Shown here: piece after piece, positions 1 through 11,200 of the stretch
Layout: each line of letters opens with the position of its first letter
Numbering within the stretch: position 1 is the first letter of the stretch
IMG/VR virus record: IMGVR_UViG_3300022407_006250
Location: 1-64,000 of that record
Source of the DNA: a virus
DNA: 64,000 nucleotides
Reading direction: 5' to 3' (one strand)
Translations under genes and position numbers: made by a program
Notes under the pieces: model-generated
Seen by the model: the letters and a program-made list of their open reading frames with translations, nothing else
The model's database searches: none
What the model was told of the DNA's origin: nothing

Positions 1-8
1 ATTCACAC

Positions 9-377
9 ATGCCCAATCCCGATGCTGGTCTAAGATTAGTAAAAATTGGTGCAAGAGTAAATTTTAGAAAAGGTAATTTTAAACGGCCTGTGAGAGTTAG
101 AGGTCCTGAGGATTGGGTTGACCCTCAGACCAAAAGAGCCAAAATGAAGGATACTGATATTTGGCTTGTAACAATAGAATTACCAATCAAGTATATTAAT
201 CGCGGCCTAGACAGAATTGAAGATATTATTCAGAGTGACATTAGAAAAACTGAACAAGATTTAAATAACGCTTATAATCAGGATAACGCTCAAGCAGGTC
301 AGGTTCCAGAAGACATGGCTCAGTCCGTTGATGGTGGTGAAGATTTAAGTGGTATGCCTGCCGGGGATGAAATATGA
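9..377 (+). CDS. hypothetical phage protein, possibly 5'-truncated by the window edge
   Basis: ORF with acidic C-terminal tail; stop overlaps next start (ATGA). Confidence 0.6.
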   Translation: MPNPDAGLRLVKIGARVNFRKGNFKRPVRVRGPEDWVDPQTKRAKMKDTDIWLVTIELPIKYINRGLDRIEDIIQSDIRKTEQDLNNAYNQDNAQAGQVPEDMAQSVDGGEDLSGMPAGDEI

Positions 378-1126
378 GCTTAAAAAACGGAGATCTTTCA
401 GGTACCATACTGCCATATGTTTCAATTGACGAATATGAGCCCAAGGCCGGAAAAGAAAGAGATGTTATAGTAGTGGCATTTTATCTTAATGATCAAGGAC
501 CTGCAGAAGACTTGAATACGTTTATACAGAGAAGTTTTGTTGATACACTAGATGTTGAGGCAAGCCCAAACACAGATGAAGAGGGCAGATATCTTGTGTT
601 TGTTGAAATGACAAGGGATAAGGATTTTCCCGATAACTTGCGTGCATTATTGAAAGATGTTAAGAATTTATGCGAAAATATCAAATGGATCATTAGTACA
701 TATTACTCCAGGGGTAAATCATACAGTATAGACGATTCGGAATTATTCAACTATGTGATACTTGATCCAGCAAACTATGTTAGCAAGGAAAAATTTAAAG
801 TGCCAGAAATAAATGAACACATCAAGCAGTTCTTTAAAGATTCATTGATAACCAGCTTGACCATTAATGAAAAGACTGTTAAACTATCATACAACAAGCA
901 ACAAATTATTGCCGAAGTCGTTGATGTCGGTGACTATGATACTGTTATAGGTAGAAACTTTTTGAGTGAATCAGCATTTGGTGTAGGCCAAAATTCATAT
1001 GAAGCCAAGGTACTGCAAAGTATGCTAGGTAACTGTCAGATTCTACCGCTTGGGAAATATCTTTGCGTCAGTAGGGACGATAAGATAATGTTACTTAAAA
1101 ATACTCAACTCAATTACGGGAATTAA
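374..1126 (+). CDS. hypothetical phage protein
   Basis: 250-aa ORF translationally coupled to the previous one. Confidence 0.7.
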   Translation: MSLKNGDLSGTILPYVSIDEYEPKAGKERDVIVVAFYLNDQGPAEDLNTFIQRSFVDTLDVEASPNTDEEGRYLVFVEMTRDKDFPDNLRALLKDVKNLCENIKWIISTYYSRGKSYSIDDSELFNYVILDPANYVSKEKFKVPEINEHIKQFFKDSLITSLTINEKTVKLSYNKQQIIAEVVDVGDYDTVIGRNFLSESAFGVGQNSYEAKVLQSMLGNCQILPLGKYLCVSRDDKIMLLKNTQLNYGN

Positions 1127-1130
1127 TAAC

Positions 1131-1346
1131 TTGGCTAAAGATGATATGATTGTTCTAAAGGGTGTTATTACAGATGCAAGCCCTGGTGCTCGATTCAAAG
1201 TAAAACTAGAAAACGGACATACATTAAATGCAGTTATTAGTGGTAAAATTAGAAAGAATAATATTCAAATTCTGCTAAATGATCAGGTAGAAGTTGAAAT
1301 GAGTGTTTATGACTTAAATTCGGGTCGCATTACATATCGATTTTAA
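1131..1346 (+). CDS. infA: translation initiation factor IF-1
   Basis: MAKDDMI..G.I....[12 protein letters not shown]...[27 protein letters not shown] matches IF-1 over its full length; TTG start. Confidence 0.95.
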   Translation: MAKDDMIVLKGVITDASPGARFKVKLENGHTLNAVISGKIRKNNIQILLNDQVEVEMSVYDLNSGRITYRF

Positions 1347-1348
1347 AA

Positions 1349-2170
1349 ATGAGTAAACGGGACTACTATAAGATCCTTGGTGTTACAAAAACTGCTACCG
1401 ACGATGAGATAAAAAAATCTTATAGGTCCTTGGCCATGAAATTCCATCCGGACCGAAATAGTGATCCCGGCGCCGAAGATCAGTTTAAAGAAATTAAAGA
1501 AGCCTATGAGGCTCTTAGCGATGCTGATAAAAAGAGGCAGTATGATCAGTTCGGCCATGAATCCCCTTCCCCGAGCCGAAATCAGCAGCACAATACGCAC
1601 ACCTGGACATTTACCCAAGGTGCTGCACCCAATATTAATAACATGTTCCACAGTATGTTTGGAAACCACCCGGCATTTGCTGAGGGTGTCTTTGGTACTC
1701 AAAAACCGCAACAGGCAGTCACTATTGTAAATATTTCCCTTGTTGATGCTTATAAAGGTAGAACAGTCAATATAGATCAACACCACACTGTTAATATACC
1801 AAGAGGTGTAAGACCCGGGACAAAGTTCTTTATTGATGGCAGGCTTTATAGAATAGATATATATCTACACCATAAATTTAAACGTTCAAACGATGATCTA
1901 TTGGTTGATATTGAGATTACAGCAATTGAAGCTATGCTTGGTATGGAAGCTGTACTAGATCATTTAGATGATGTTAAACTACAGTTCAATATACCTGCCG
2001 GAATACAAAGCGGGCAAATAATAAGATTATCCAATAAAGGTATGCAAAATCCCGAAACAGATAAAAGTGGAGACATGCTAATTCGGCTAAATATCAAGAC
2101 ACCTGTAGTTTCTAGTGAAGAACAGGATATTTTAAGAACTCTTAACCATAGAAAAATTATTAATATTTGA
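1349..2170 (+). CDS. dnaJ: DnaJ-class (type II/CbpA-like) co-chaperone
   Basis: N-terminal J domain (DYYKILGV...KFHPDRN...[21 protein letters not shown]) and C-terminal DnaJ domain; no zinc finger. Confidence 0.9.
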   Translation: MSKRDYYKILGVTKTATDDEIKKSYRSLAMKFHPDRNSDPGAEDQFKEIKEAYEALSDADKKRQYDQFGHESPSPSRNQQHNTHTWTFTQGAAPNINNMFHSMFGNHPAFAEGVFGTQKPQQAVTIVNISLVDAYKGRTVNIDQHHTVNIPRGVRPGTKFFIDGRLYRIDIYLHHKFKRSNDDLLVDIEITAIEAMLGMEAVLDHLDDVKLQFNIPAGIQSGQIIRLSNKGMQNPETDKSGDMLIRLNIKTPVVSSEEQDILRTLNHRKIINI

Positions 2171-2179
2171 GGATAATAC

Positions 2180-4399
2180 ATGAGTAATAATAAAATAGAA
2201 AAAATGATTGAAAGAGCAGTTGCCATTGCAAACGACAACAATCACGAGTATGTCACCCTAGAGCATGTTCTGCTTTCTATATTGCATGAAAAAGAAATAA
2301 ATGAACTTATTCTTTCAATTGGCGGCCAGCCTGCCAAAATTAAAACTGATGCAATTCAATTTTTGGGTGATCCTGCCCTAAGAAAACCCGATGCTTTAAA
2401 AGATGTTCCTGCAAAGCGCACACAAACTTTAAATAGAACGTTTCAGCGTGCTTTAACTCAACAAATTTTTAGTGGTCGTAATGAACTTACCAATGAGACA
2501 GTGCTGCTCAGTATGTTAAGTGAAGAAACCAGTCATGCATATTATTTTCTTACAAAAAATGGTGTAAGTAGAGAAAAAATTATTGCTCATTTGCGCAAGG
2601 CTGATGGAAAATCACCCCAAGGGGAAGATAGCCCACTTGATCTTTATGCAAGAAACCTAAACAACGATGCCACAGAAGGCACCATTGACCCTGTCATTGG
2701 ACGAGAAAAAGAAGTTGCTGACACAATTGAAATTCTTGCACGCCGTAAGAAAAACAACGTTATTTATGTTGGTGAGCCTGGTGTTGGTAAAACATGTTTG
2801 GCCGAAGGTCTAGCATTAAAGATTGTAAACAAGGAAGTGCCTAAAGCAATTCAAGACAAGGTTATTTACAGCTTAGATATGGGAGCATTGCTTGCAGGAA
2901 CAAAGTTCCGTGGAGACTTTGAGGAACGATTAAAGGGCATTCTTGATCAGGTCAAGAAACTTAAAAATTGCATCTTGTTCATTGACGAAATTCACATGAT
3001 CTTGGGTGCTGGTTCAACCACAGGCAGTCAAATGGATGCAGGTAACTTGCTAAAGCCCATGCTTGCCAAGGGAGAGTTGATGTGTGTTGGTGCAACCACA
3101 TACGATGAATTCCACGAACACTTTGAAAAAGACAAGGCACTGCTACGTCGTTTCCAAAAGTATGATATTAATCAGCCCTCAGCAGCAGAAACAAAACTTA
3201 TTTTGGCTGGCCTAACCAAGCACTATGAAAAGTTCCACGGTGTTGCATATGCTGAAGGTATGACAGATTTGTGTGTTGATCTAGCAGATCGATACTTAAA
3301 GTCTAAATTCTTCCCAGACAAGGCCATTGATATCATGGACTCGGCAGGTGCCAAAGCCAAACTCAATGAAGAGTTGCAAGTTACAGCAGATATAGTACTT
3401 CAACAAGCAGCTAAAATTGCACGTATTCCTGCACACACCATGGACATAAGGGAAAATGATTTGCTTGAAAATATTGCTCCAAGAATCAAAGACAAGGTGT
3501 ACGGGCAAGATGAAGCAATTGATAGGCTAGTAGAAGCAGTTTATCTTGCCAAGGCCGGCTTGCGTAATGCAACAAAACCAATTGGAAGTTTCTTGTTTAC
3601 TGGCCGAACAGGTACAGGTAAAACATATACCGCAAAGCAATTGGCAAAGCAGTTGGGTGTACACTTTGCTAGATTCGACATGAGCGAATACATGGAAAAG
3701 CACACTGTATCCAAGTTTATTGGTGCTCCTCCGGGCTATGTGGGTCACGGCGAGGGCAAGATGGGAGAAGGACAGCTCATTCAGGCAATTGATACACATC
3801 CCAACTGTGTTCTGTTGCTAGATGAAATTGAAAAGGCTCATCCGGATGTTATCACTGTGTTGCTACAATTAATGGATGATGCAAGATTGACTTCTAGCAA
3901 AGGTAAAACTGTTGATGCATCGAATACCATTATTATCATGTCGGCCAACTTGGGTGCTGCTGATTCTGAAAAATTAAAGATTGGTTTTGGAGATCAAGAT
4001 AATTCATCTGTGGTAGATAAAGAAATTAAAAAGTTCTTTAGCCCTGAATTTAGAAACAGAATTGATGCTATTGTCAAATTCAACAAGCTAACCATGAACG
4101 AAATGAGTCTAATTGTTAATGCTGAAATTGAAAAGACAGAAGTTATGTTGGCCCCTAAGAATATTATTATTAGAGTTACGCCAACAGCACGTGAATGGCT
4201 TGCAAACAAGGGATACGATCCAAAGATGGGTGCACGACCATTTGAGCGGTTGTTTGAAGAAAAAATTAAAAAGCCATTGGCTAAAGAAATTTTGTTTGGC
4301 AAACTAAAAGACGGTGGCCGGGCAGTTGTTAATTTGGACGAAGCTGGAGAAATCGTTATCTTTACAACCAGTTCAGTATCGGAAACAGTGCTAATATAA
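2180..4399 (+). CDS. clpA: ClpA-like Hsp100 AAA+ unfoldase
   Basis: Clp-N (HEYVTLEH), Walker A motifs GEPGVGKT and GRTGTGKT, LFIDEIH, RFDMSEY, GAPPGYVG, IGF ClpP-docking loop, GARP; no M-domain. Confidence 0.92.
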   Translation: MSNNKIEKMIERAVAIANDNNHEYVTLEHVLLSILHEKEINELILSIGGQPAKIKTDAIQFLGDPALRKPDALKDVPAKRTQTLNRTFQRALTQQIFSGRNELTNETVLLSMLSEETSHAYYFLTKNGVSREKIIAHLRKADGKSPQGEDSPLDLYARNLNNDATEGTIDPVIGREKEVADTIEILARRKKNNVIYVGEPGVGKTCLAEGLALKIVNKEVPKAIQDKVIYSLDMGALLAGTKFRGDFEERLKGILDQVKKLKNCILFIDEIHMILGAGSTTGSQMDAGNLLKPMLAKGELMCVGATTYDEFHEHFEKDKALLRRFQKYDINQPSAAETKLILAGLTKHYEKFHGVAYAEGMTDLCVDLADRYLKSKFFPDKAIDIMDSAGAKAKLNEELQVTADIVLQQAAKIARIPAHTMDIRENDLLENIAPRIKDKVYGQDEAIDRLVEAVYLAKAGLRNATKPIGSFLFTGRTGTGKTYTAKQLAKQLGVHFARFDMSEYMEKHTVSKFIGAPPGYVGHGEGKMGEGQLIQAIDTHPNCVLLLDEIEKAHPDVITVLLQLMDDARLTSSKGKTVDASNTIIIMSANLGAADSEKLKIGFGDQDNSSVVDKEIKKFFSPEFRNRIDAIVKFNKLTMNEMSLIVNAEIEKTEVMLAPKNIIIRVTPTAREWLANKGYDPKMGARPFERLFEEKIKKPLAKEILFGKLKDGGRAVVNLDEAGEIVIFTTSSVSETVLI

Positions 4400-4414
4400 A
4401 TTGTAACTGATATT

Positions 4415-4440
4415 AAAAATGCTCCTTCGGGGGCATTTTT
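4415..4440 (+). terminator. intrinsic terminator
   Basis: aaaaatgctcc-ttcg-ggggcattttt hairpin with U-tract. Confidence 0.8.
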
Positions 4441-4501
4441 ATTGACAAAAATTTCTGTTGTTGTATTTTGATAAATATAAAAATAAAATAGAGAAATATT
4501 T

Positions 4502-4906
4502 ATGTCAATTAACTTATCAGGTGTAAGAATATCTAGTTTAAATATAGGTGACAACGCCCTGCCACCACCGCCACCCGTAAATAATTTTCCAATTATACTA
4601 ACTGGTGGAATAAATAATTTTTTTGGAACTGTGACACATAACTTTCCAATAACACTATATGGTGGAATAAATAATTTTATTGGAACTGTGACACATAACT
4701 TTCCAATAACACTATATGGTGGAATAAATAATTTTATTGGAACTGTGACACATAACTTTCCAATAACACTATATGGTTCTACAAACAATTTCTTTGGTTA
4801 TAATGTAAATGAATTTCCAATTTCAATAACTAGTGGTTCTACAAACAATTTCTTTGGTTATAATGTAAATGCATTTCCAATTTCGTTAGTTGGTGGCGGA
4901 TCATAG
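4502..4906 (+). CDS. tandem-repeat protein (19-20-aa NFPI...G repeats) after a poly-Pro linker
   Basis: ORF preceded by a GATAAATA late-type promoter; about 5.5 repeat units. Confidence 0.7.
   Translation: MSINLSGVRISSLNIGDNALPPPPPVNNFPIILTGGINNFFGTVTHNFPITLYGGINNFIGTVTHNFPITLYGGINNFIGTVTHNFPITLYGSTNNFFGYNVNEFPISITSGSTNNFFGYNVNAFPISLVGGGS
4583..4894 (+). repeat. 57-60-bp in-frame tandem repeat
   Basis: aactttccaataacactatatggtggaataaataattttattggaactgtgacacat units, two exact copies plus diverged ones. Confidence 0.9.
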
Positions 4907-4943
4907 GTTAGATAAATAATACTAATAGTTAAAAAGGACACAT

Positions 4944-5456
4944 ATGACCGTAATTTATCAACAAAACATAAGAAACATGTATCTGGCAGCAGGTATAATG
5001 ACAAATCTCACAAACAACGGAGATCCCAGCACTGTTGTCGCTGCATCAATTACGCTTTACGGCGGAGTTCAGCCACTAGCTTCTGCAATTGAAGGAGATT
5101 GGACTAGTTACAATGCCTCGTACTTATTGCATTTGCCAAGTTTTAGTATTCAACAACCCAATGCAAACCTTACTGAAACTGGCATTGTTATCGTTAATTT
5201 TGGTTTACCCACAGAACAACTAGCTGCTAATACCGGAACTGCCACTTGGGCAATTTTATGGTTAGCAAATATAGCTGGAGGTACCGCTGACGGGCAAATT
5301 GGTGGAGGCACACTGCCAGCAACAAAATTTATTATTTTGCCAGTATCTGATTTGACAGACAGTTATCCTGTGAGATTGTCAAATACGTCACTCACAGCGG
5401 GCGATTCTTATAGCATTGGTGATCTAAACATTCTTGCCGTCGGCGGAATAGCTTAA
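4944..5456 (+). CDS. putative virion structural protein
   Basis: ITLYGG.QP...NTGTATW motif; paralogue of the next gene; late-type promoter at ~4911. Confidence 0.6.
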   Translation: MTVIYQQNIRNMYLAAGIMTNLTNNGDPSTVVAASITLYGGVQPLASAIEGDWTSYNASYLLHLPSFSIQQPNANLTETGIVIVNFGLPTEQLAANTGTATWAILWLANIAGGTADGQIGGGTLPATKFIILPVSDLTDSYPVRLSNTSLTAGDSYSIGDLNILAVGGIA

Positions 5457-5469
5457 AGGAAAATATAAA

Positions 5470-5982
5470 ATGGCAACAATACAATTAAGCACGGGATTGA
5501 AAAACGAACTTGCTAGCAAAATCTGGATCAGAACTTCAGGATATATTAATATATTATGGGGCGCCGCTATGCCACCCCTTGTATACAACAATAACTTCGG
5601 CTACGGCGGACTTGTTTATATTATGAAGGGTGCGGTACCTTCTAATTTTACAGGATTAACAATTGCCAGTCGCACTAGCGACATTCTTGTAACTTTTTCA
5701 GTTGCAAACAATGATCTCGGTAGTTCTGGCTATGTAAATAATGTGTTTACCATGAATACGTCATTGGTTCAGGCCACCAATACTGGTACAGCAACTTGGT
5801 TTTGGATTGTTCAACGTGGCATAGTCAATTCCAGCATTGCAGAAGTTCAGCAAATCATTGGCAATGTGGGCACTATTGGGTCTGGTGCAGATCTTGAGAT
5901 ACAGACCACTTCAATAGTTACCGGATCACCATATCGTATTTCAAATTTAGTATTTGTCATGCCCGATAGCTGGTCTGTTTAA
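5470..5982 (+). CDS. putative virion structural protein
   Basis: YIMKG..P...NTGTATWF...G.VG..GSGADL motif; AAGGA RBS. Confidence 0.6.
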   Translation: MATIQLSTGLKNELASKIWIRTSGYINILWGAAMPPLVYNNNFGYGGLVYIMKGAVPSNFTGLTIASRTSDILVTFSVANNDLGSSGYVNNVFTMNTSLVQATNTGTATWFWIVQRGIVNSSIAEVQQIIGNVGTIGSGADLEIQTTSIVTGSPYRISNLVFVMPDSWSV

Positions 5983-6009
5983 AGAACGCTTTAATAAATT
6001 AACAACTTC

Positions 6010-6037
6010 AAAAAGCACTCTACTTAGAGTGCTTTTT
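6010..6037 (+). terminator. intrinsic terminator
   Basis: aaaaagcactct-actt-agagtgcttttt. Confidence 0.8.
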
Positions 6038-6092
6038 CTTTGTAGAGAATAATTTCCCATTTGTGATAAATACATAAAACAAGGAAATTAAA

Positions 6093-6560
6093 ATGGCAAT
6101 TCGTAAAAGTGTAATCATGATGACCAATACCGGAACACGGTGGAATGTTATCGGTGAACCCATAAGAGCTGATGCATACTACGGGTACACTGACGGTATA
6201 CATACAGTTCAGGTAATTTATCAAAATTTTGTAGGTGGTTTTGGCCTACAAGGTACACTTGCATTAAAACCCGAGCCCGATGACTGGTTTTGGATTAGAT
6301 TAAATCCCAACGGGGATGTCAACACACCGTTTATTCCATTCCCAATGGGCTATAATAGTACAAATAACACAGCGCCTTGCGATCCTACCGGCGCCAATGG
6401 CGGAGACACAGGGTCTTTGGCAACCACATTTATTGGAAATTTTGTGTTTTTAAGAGCAGTACTATCAAGAGACTATATTCAGCCGCAGGTTCCACCAGTA
6501 CAGGCACAGTGGGAAACATGGCAATGGGGCCAAATTGACAAGGTAATGCTAAGTTTATAA
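6093..6560 (+). CDS. hypothetical, probably virion protein
   Basis: GATAAATA promoter, AAGGA RBS, within the structural block. Confidence 0.65.
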   Translation: MAIRKSVIMMTNTGTRWNVIGEPIRADAYYGYTDGIHTVQVIYQNFVGGFGLQGTLALKPEPDDWFWIRLNPNGDVNTPFIPFPMGYNSTNNTAPCDPTGANGGDTGSLATTFIGNFVFLRAVLSRDYIQPQVPPVQAQWETWQWGQIDKVMLSL

Positions 6561-6680
6561 AGTATAGTTTAAATATTTTACTATGACATTACAGCACTGA
6601 TAACAGATAATATAGTCAGTAATATATGATAAAGATATGATAAATAATATGAAGAAGAAATTTACTGGGGGATACTAACC

Positions 6681-8258
6681 ATGATCGTAGGACAAAATAC
6701 ACTTTTAAATCAATATGTACCTACCTTCTACATTAGAGATCTAAGAGATGGTCAGTCTGTCATCTATGACTCAGTAAGAAAAGCTTTTGTAAACTCCGAT
6801 GTTGTGGGTGGCAGCGGTGCAACTAGATTAGGCGAATTACTGGATGTTTCGTCAAATGTAGACAACCCGTTATCACTGCAAAATGGTCAAGCTCTAGTCT
6901 ATGATGCTGCGTGCCATATATGGGAAAACCAGTTTATAGATTTTAACACACTCATAAATAAGCCAACAAACGGGTCTTATAGTTTTGCCGCACTAAGTGA
7001 TACAGCAAAGCCATCGCTACCGAACGGATATGTAAAATGGAATTCTGATGGTACACAGTTAATCTATTCTACCACTATACCAGCTTCTAGCATAACGGGT
7101 CTTGCCACGGTTGCAACGACAGGCGACTATAATGATTTAATAAATAAACCCACGATTGGTACGGGTTCGGTAACAAGCATTGATGTATCAGGTGGCGTCA
7201 CCGGGCTAACAACAACAGGTGGCCCTGTTACTACCTCGGGTGTAATTACCTTAAGTGGTACACTATCGGCATTACACGGTGGCACTGGTGCAAATACATA
7301 TATTACTGGTGACATGCTATATTCATCGAGTGCCAATACACTAAGTAAAAGATCTATTGGTACCGAAGGACAAGTATTAACTGTGAGTGGCGGAGTACCG
7401 GTATGGTCCACAGTGACTGGCACTGGCTCTGTCACAAGTGTCGATGTTAGTGGCGGAACAACAGGACTAACAACCACGGGCGGGCCCGTTACCAGTTCAG
7501 GCACTATTACACTAGCCGGGACTTTGGCAACATCCAATGGTGGTACAGGTCTAACAGCATTTGCTGTTAACCAGGTGTTCTACGCCGGTTCAACAAGCAC
7601 AATGGATCAGAGTGCTAATTTCACATTTGATGGTACTAGTTTGTTGACAGTAGGCGGCGCACAGCCACTGACACTTGATGGTGCTAATGCTGCTGTTACT
7701 ACAACTGGTACAAACAGCAATCTAACACTTACCACTAACGGTTCTGGTGCAGTTGTTGTTACGGACGGCAAGATCAAGTCGGGTGCAAATACCGCAATGG
7801 CATTGACATCCACAGTAGGTGATTTAACAGTCAATCTTCAAACTGGTTCAGTTGTTAATGTTGCTGGTCCCACAGCAGCAGAGTATGCTCTTGCATTGAC
7901 CGACACTGGCTTGACCAACAAGTTGTATGTTGACGAAGCAGTTGCTGCTGCAATTCCTACCACGATCACATTAACCGGCGATGTTACTGGCACCGGTTCT
8001 GATACTATTGAAACAACATTAAAAACAGTTAATGACACACCGGGAACATATGCAGACGCACACTTTGTTCCAACAATAACTGTAAATGACAAGGGACTTG
8101 TAACATCAATTACCACTCAGCACGTTGACACTACTGTAAGAGATATAGTTGTTGATGAGCAAACAATAACTATTGATGCAAGGCATCAATACATAGTCAC
8201 AGGTACTATGGAAGTCGACGGACGACTTGAAAATAACGGGAGACTTGCAATATTATGA
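6681..8258 (+). CDS. Gly/Thr-rich fibre-like virion protein
   Basis: GSVTSVDVSGGTTGLTTTGGPVT repeats, ATVATTGDYNDLINKP motif, TITLTGDVTG motif. Confidence 0.75.
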   Translation: MIVGQNTLLNQYVPTFYIRDLRDGQSVIYDSVRKAFVNSDVVGGSGATRLGELLDVSSNVDNPLSLQNGQALVYDAACHIWENQFIDFNTLINKPTNGSYSFAALSDTAKPSLPNGYVKWNSDGTQLIYSTTIPASSITGLATVATTGDYNDLINKPTIGTGSVTSIDVSGGVTGLTTTGGPVTTSGVITLSGTLSALHGGTGANTYITGDMLYSSSANTLSKRSIGTEGQVLTVSGGVPVWSTVTGTGSVTSVDVSGGTTGLTTTGGPVTSSGTITLAGTLATSNGGTGLTAFAVNQVFYAGSTSTMDQSANFTFDGTSLLTVGGAQPLTLDGANAAVTTTGTNSNLTLTTNGSGAVVVTDGKIKSGANTAMALTSTVGDLTVNLQTGSVVNVAGPTAAEYALALTDTGLTNKLYVDEAVAAAIPTTITLTGDVTGTGSDTIETTLKTVNDTPGTYADAHFVPTITVNDKGLVTSITTQHVDTTVRDIVVDEQTITIDARHQYIVTGTMEVDGRLENNGRLAIL

Positions 8259-11200
8259 GCAGAGCAGCAGATATTTTACTTAGACTCGGTGATACAAATC
8301 CAATTGTACCAACATCCGGTCAAATTTCATTTTATGCCAAGGACAACGGTATTTTTTATTCACTGGATTCCAACGGGATTGAAACTCCTTTATTTGGAGG
8401 AACCGGAACTGTTACCAGTATTGATGTCGGTGGCGGCACAACAGGACTAACAACCATTGGCGGCCCAGTCACAACAAACGGAACTATTACACTAACTGGT
8501 ACACTGTTTGAAACTCACGGCGGTACCGGCGTAAATACATATATTACCGGTGACATGCTTTATGCATCAGCTGCCAATACACTAAGTAAAAGATCCATTG
8601 GCGCTGACGGACAAGTATTGACTGTCAGTGGTGGAGTACCAACATGGTCCACAGTATCCGGAACTGGCACAGTAACCAGTGTAGCAATGACTGTGCCCGA
8701 TTTCCTTTCTGTAACAGGAAGTCCAATTACGTCCAGTGGAACACTAGCAGTTTCTTTATCCGGAACAGCACTGCCTATTGCTAATGGCGGTACTGGTGCA
8801 AACACAGCCAATTCGGCATTTAATGCATTGGCACCTACACAGACTGGTAATGCCGGCAAGTTCTTAACCACAGACGGCACAGATACTAGCTGGGCCACAA
8901 TATCCGGAACTGGTACTGTAACATCAGTCGAAGTCAGTGGTGGCACAACTGGACTAACAACTACAGGTGGACCAGTTACTGAATCAGGTACAATTACACT
9001 AGCAGGGATACTCAATATTGCCAATGGCGGTACAGGTGCAAATACAGCACCCGAGGCAAGAACTAATCTTGGTGCAACCACTGTTGGTTCAAACTTTTTC
9101 ACATTAACAGACCCGGGTGCAGTTACTTTTACACGTATTAACGCAGATAATAGTGTTAGTGCACTTGACGCAGAATCATTTAGAACTGCCATTGGTGCAG
9201 GAACAAGTTCAACAACAGGTACTGTAACCAGCATTGAAGTCAGTGGCGGAACCACAGGACTAACAACAACAGGCGGCCCTGTCACTGGGTCAGGAACAAT
9301 TACACTAGCAGGAACACTTGCTGTTGCCAATGGCGGTACTGGTGCAACAGAACTAACCGGATACATTAAAGGTAACGGAACTAGTGCATTTACAGCAAAT
9401 AATAGTATTCCTTCAACAGATATTACCGGGCTTGGTGATCTTTCAACTATAAATAAAGACAATGTCGCAACGCATGTTTTACTTGGAACAGGAGTTTTTG
9501 GAAATGTTCCTATTGGCGGCAATGATACAGAAATACTTTTTAATAACTTGGGTGTATCCGATGGTTCAAATAACTTTGTTTATAATGATGCAACATCCAC
9601 AGTAAAGATTGGTGGCGATTTAAATTATGCCGATTCAACTAAGTTATCTGTGGTTGAAAATAAAGATGGCTTTGGACAGGTCCTATTCCAGAATAAAAAT
9701 GCTGGAAGCAATGCATCAATGAATTTAGCTATAGTTAATAACAGTGCCGGAACAGATTATATGGCAATTGGTATTAATTCAAGTGCATTTTCGGAAGTTT
9801 ATAATACATTATTTGAACTACCAAATGCAGGCTATATTAGTAATACAACCGATGTTATAATCGGTGCTCAAAGCGACCATTCAAGTGCATCTAGGACATA
9901 TTTTACATATGCTAGTGGTTCTAATGCATTAGAATTAAATGAATACGGTGCACTAGGTTGGGGCGCAAGCTATAACGGAACTCTTACACAGGCTAATTTT
10001 GGTACAGCTGGCCAGGTATTGGTATCTGCCGGTCCTAGTGCTCCACCAGCATGGACAAACATTAGTTCATCTGGTACTGTAACATCAGTCGAAGTCAGTG
10101 GTGGCACAACTGGACTAACAACAAGCGGCGGTCCTGTCACTGAGTCAGGTACAATTACACTAGCAGGAATACTTAATATTGCCAATGGCGGTACTGGTGC
10201 AAACACAGCCAATTCGGCTTTTAATGCATTGGCACCTACACAGACTGGTAACAGCGGTAAGTTTTTAACCACAGATGGCACAGATACTAGTTGGGCAACA
10301 ATATCTGGTACAGGTACTGTAACCAGCATTGAAGTCAGTGGTGGAACCACAGGACTAACAACTACAGGTGGCCCTGTCACTGGGTCAGGAACAATTACAC
10401 TATCTGGAACACTTGCTATTACCAATGGTGGTACTGGTGCAAACACAGCACCCGATGCAAGAACTAATCTTGGTGCATCCATCGTTGGTGGAAACATCTT
10501 TACGCTAGCAAATCCCGGTGCAGTAACATATTTGCGTGTCAATGCAGACAATAGTGTCAGCGCACTTGATGCAGATTCTTTTAGAACTGCAATTGGTGCA
10601 GGAACAAGTTCAACAACAGGTACTGTAACATCAGTCGACATCAGTGGTGGCACAACAGGACTAACAACAACAGGCGGCCCTGTTACTGGCAGCGGAATAA
10701 TTACCCTATCTGGGACACTTGCTATTGCCAATGGCGGAACTGGTGCAAATACAGCACCCGATGCAAGAACTAATCTTGGTGCAACCACTATTGGTGGCAA
10801 TTTATTCACATTAACTAATCCAGGTGCAATTACCTTCCCTCGCTTTAATGCAGACAATAGTGTCAGCGCACTTGATGCGGCTTCCTTTAGAACTGCAATT
10901 GGAGCAGGCACAAGTTCAACAACTGGTACAGTAACTAGTGTAGCAATGACTGTACCTGCTTTCCTTTCTGTAACAGGCAGCCCTGTTACATCCAGTGGAA
11001 CATTGGCAGTTTCTTTGTCTGGCACAGCATTGCCCATTGCCAATGGCGGTACAGGTGCAACTACAGCTAACACAGCGTTCAATGCTTTGGCACCTGCACA
11101 GACTGGTAACAGCGGCAAGTTCTTAACAACAGATGGTACAACAACAAGTTGGTCCACAGTTTCTGGAACTGGTACTGTAACAAGTGTTGATGTATCCGGT

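Noticed and set aside
3994-4788. 264-aa minus-strand ORF
   Set aside because: Antisense to the clpA 3' end, the terminator and the repeat gene; spurious.
4583-4894. Possible CRISPR array
   Set aside because: Units are contiguous 57-60-bp in-frame coding repeats with no unique spacers, and there are no cas genes.
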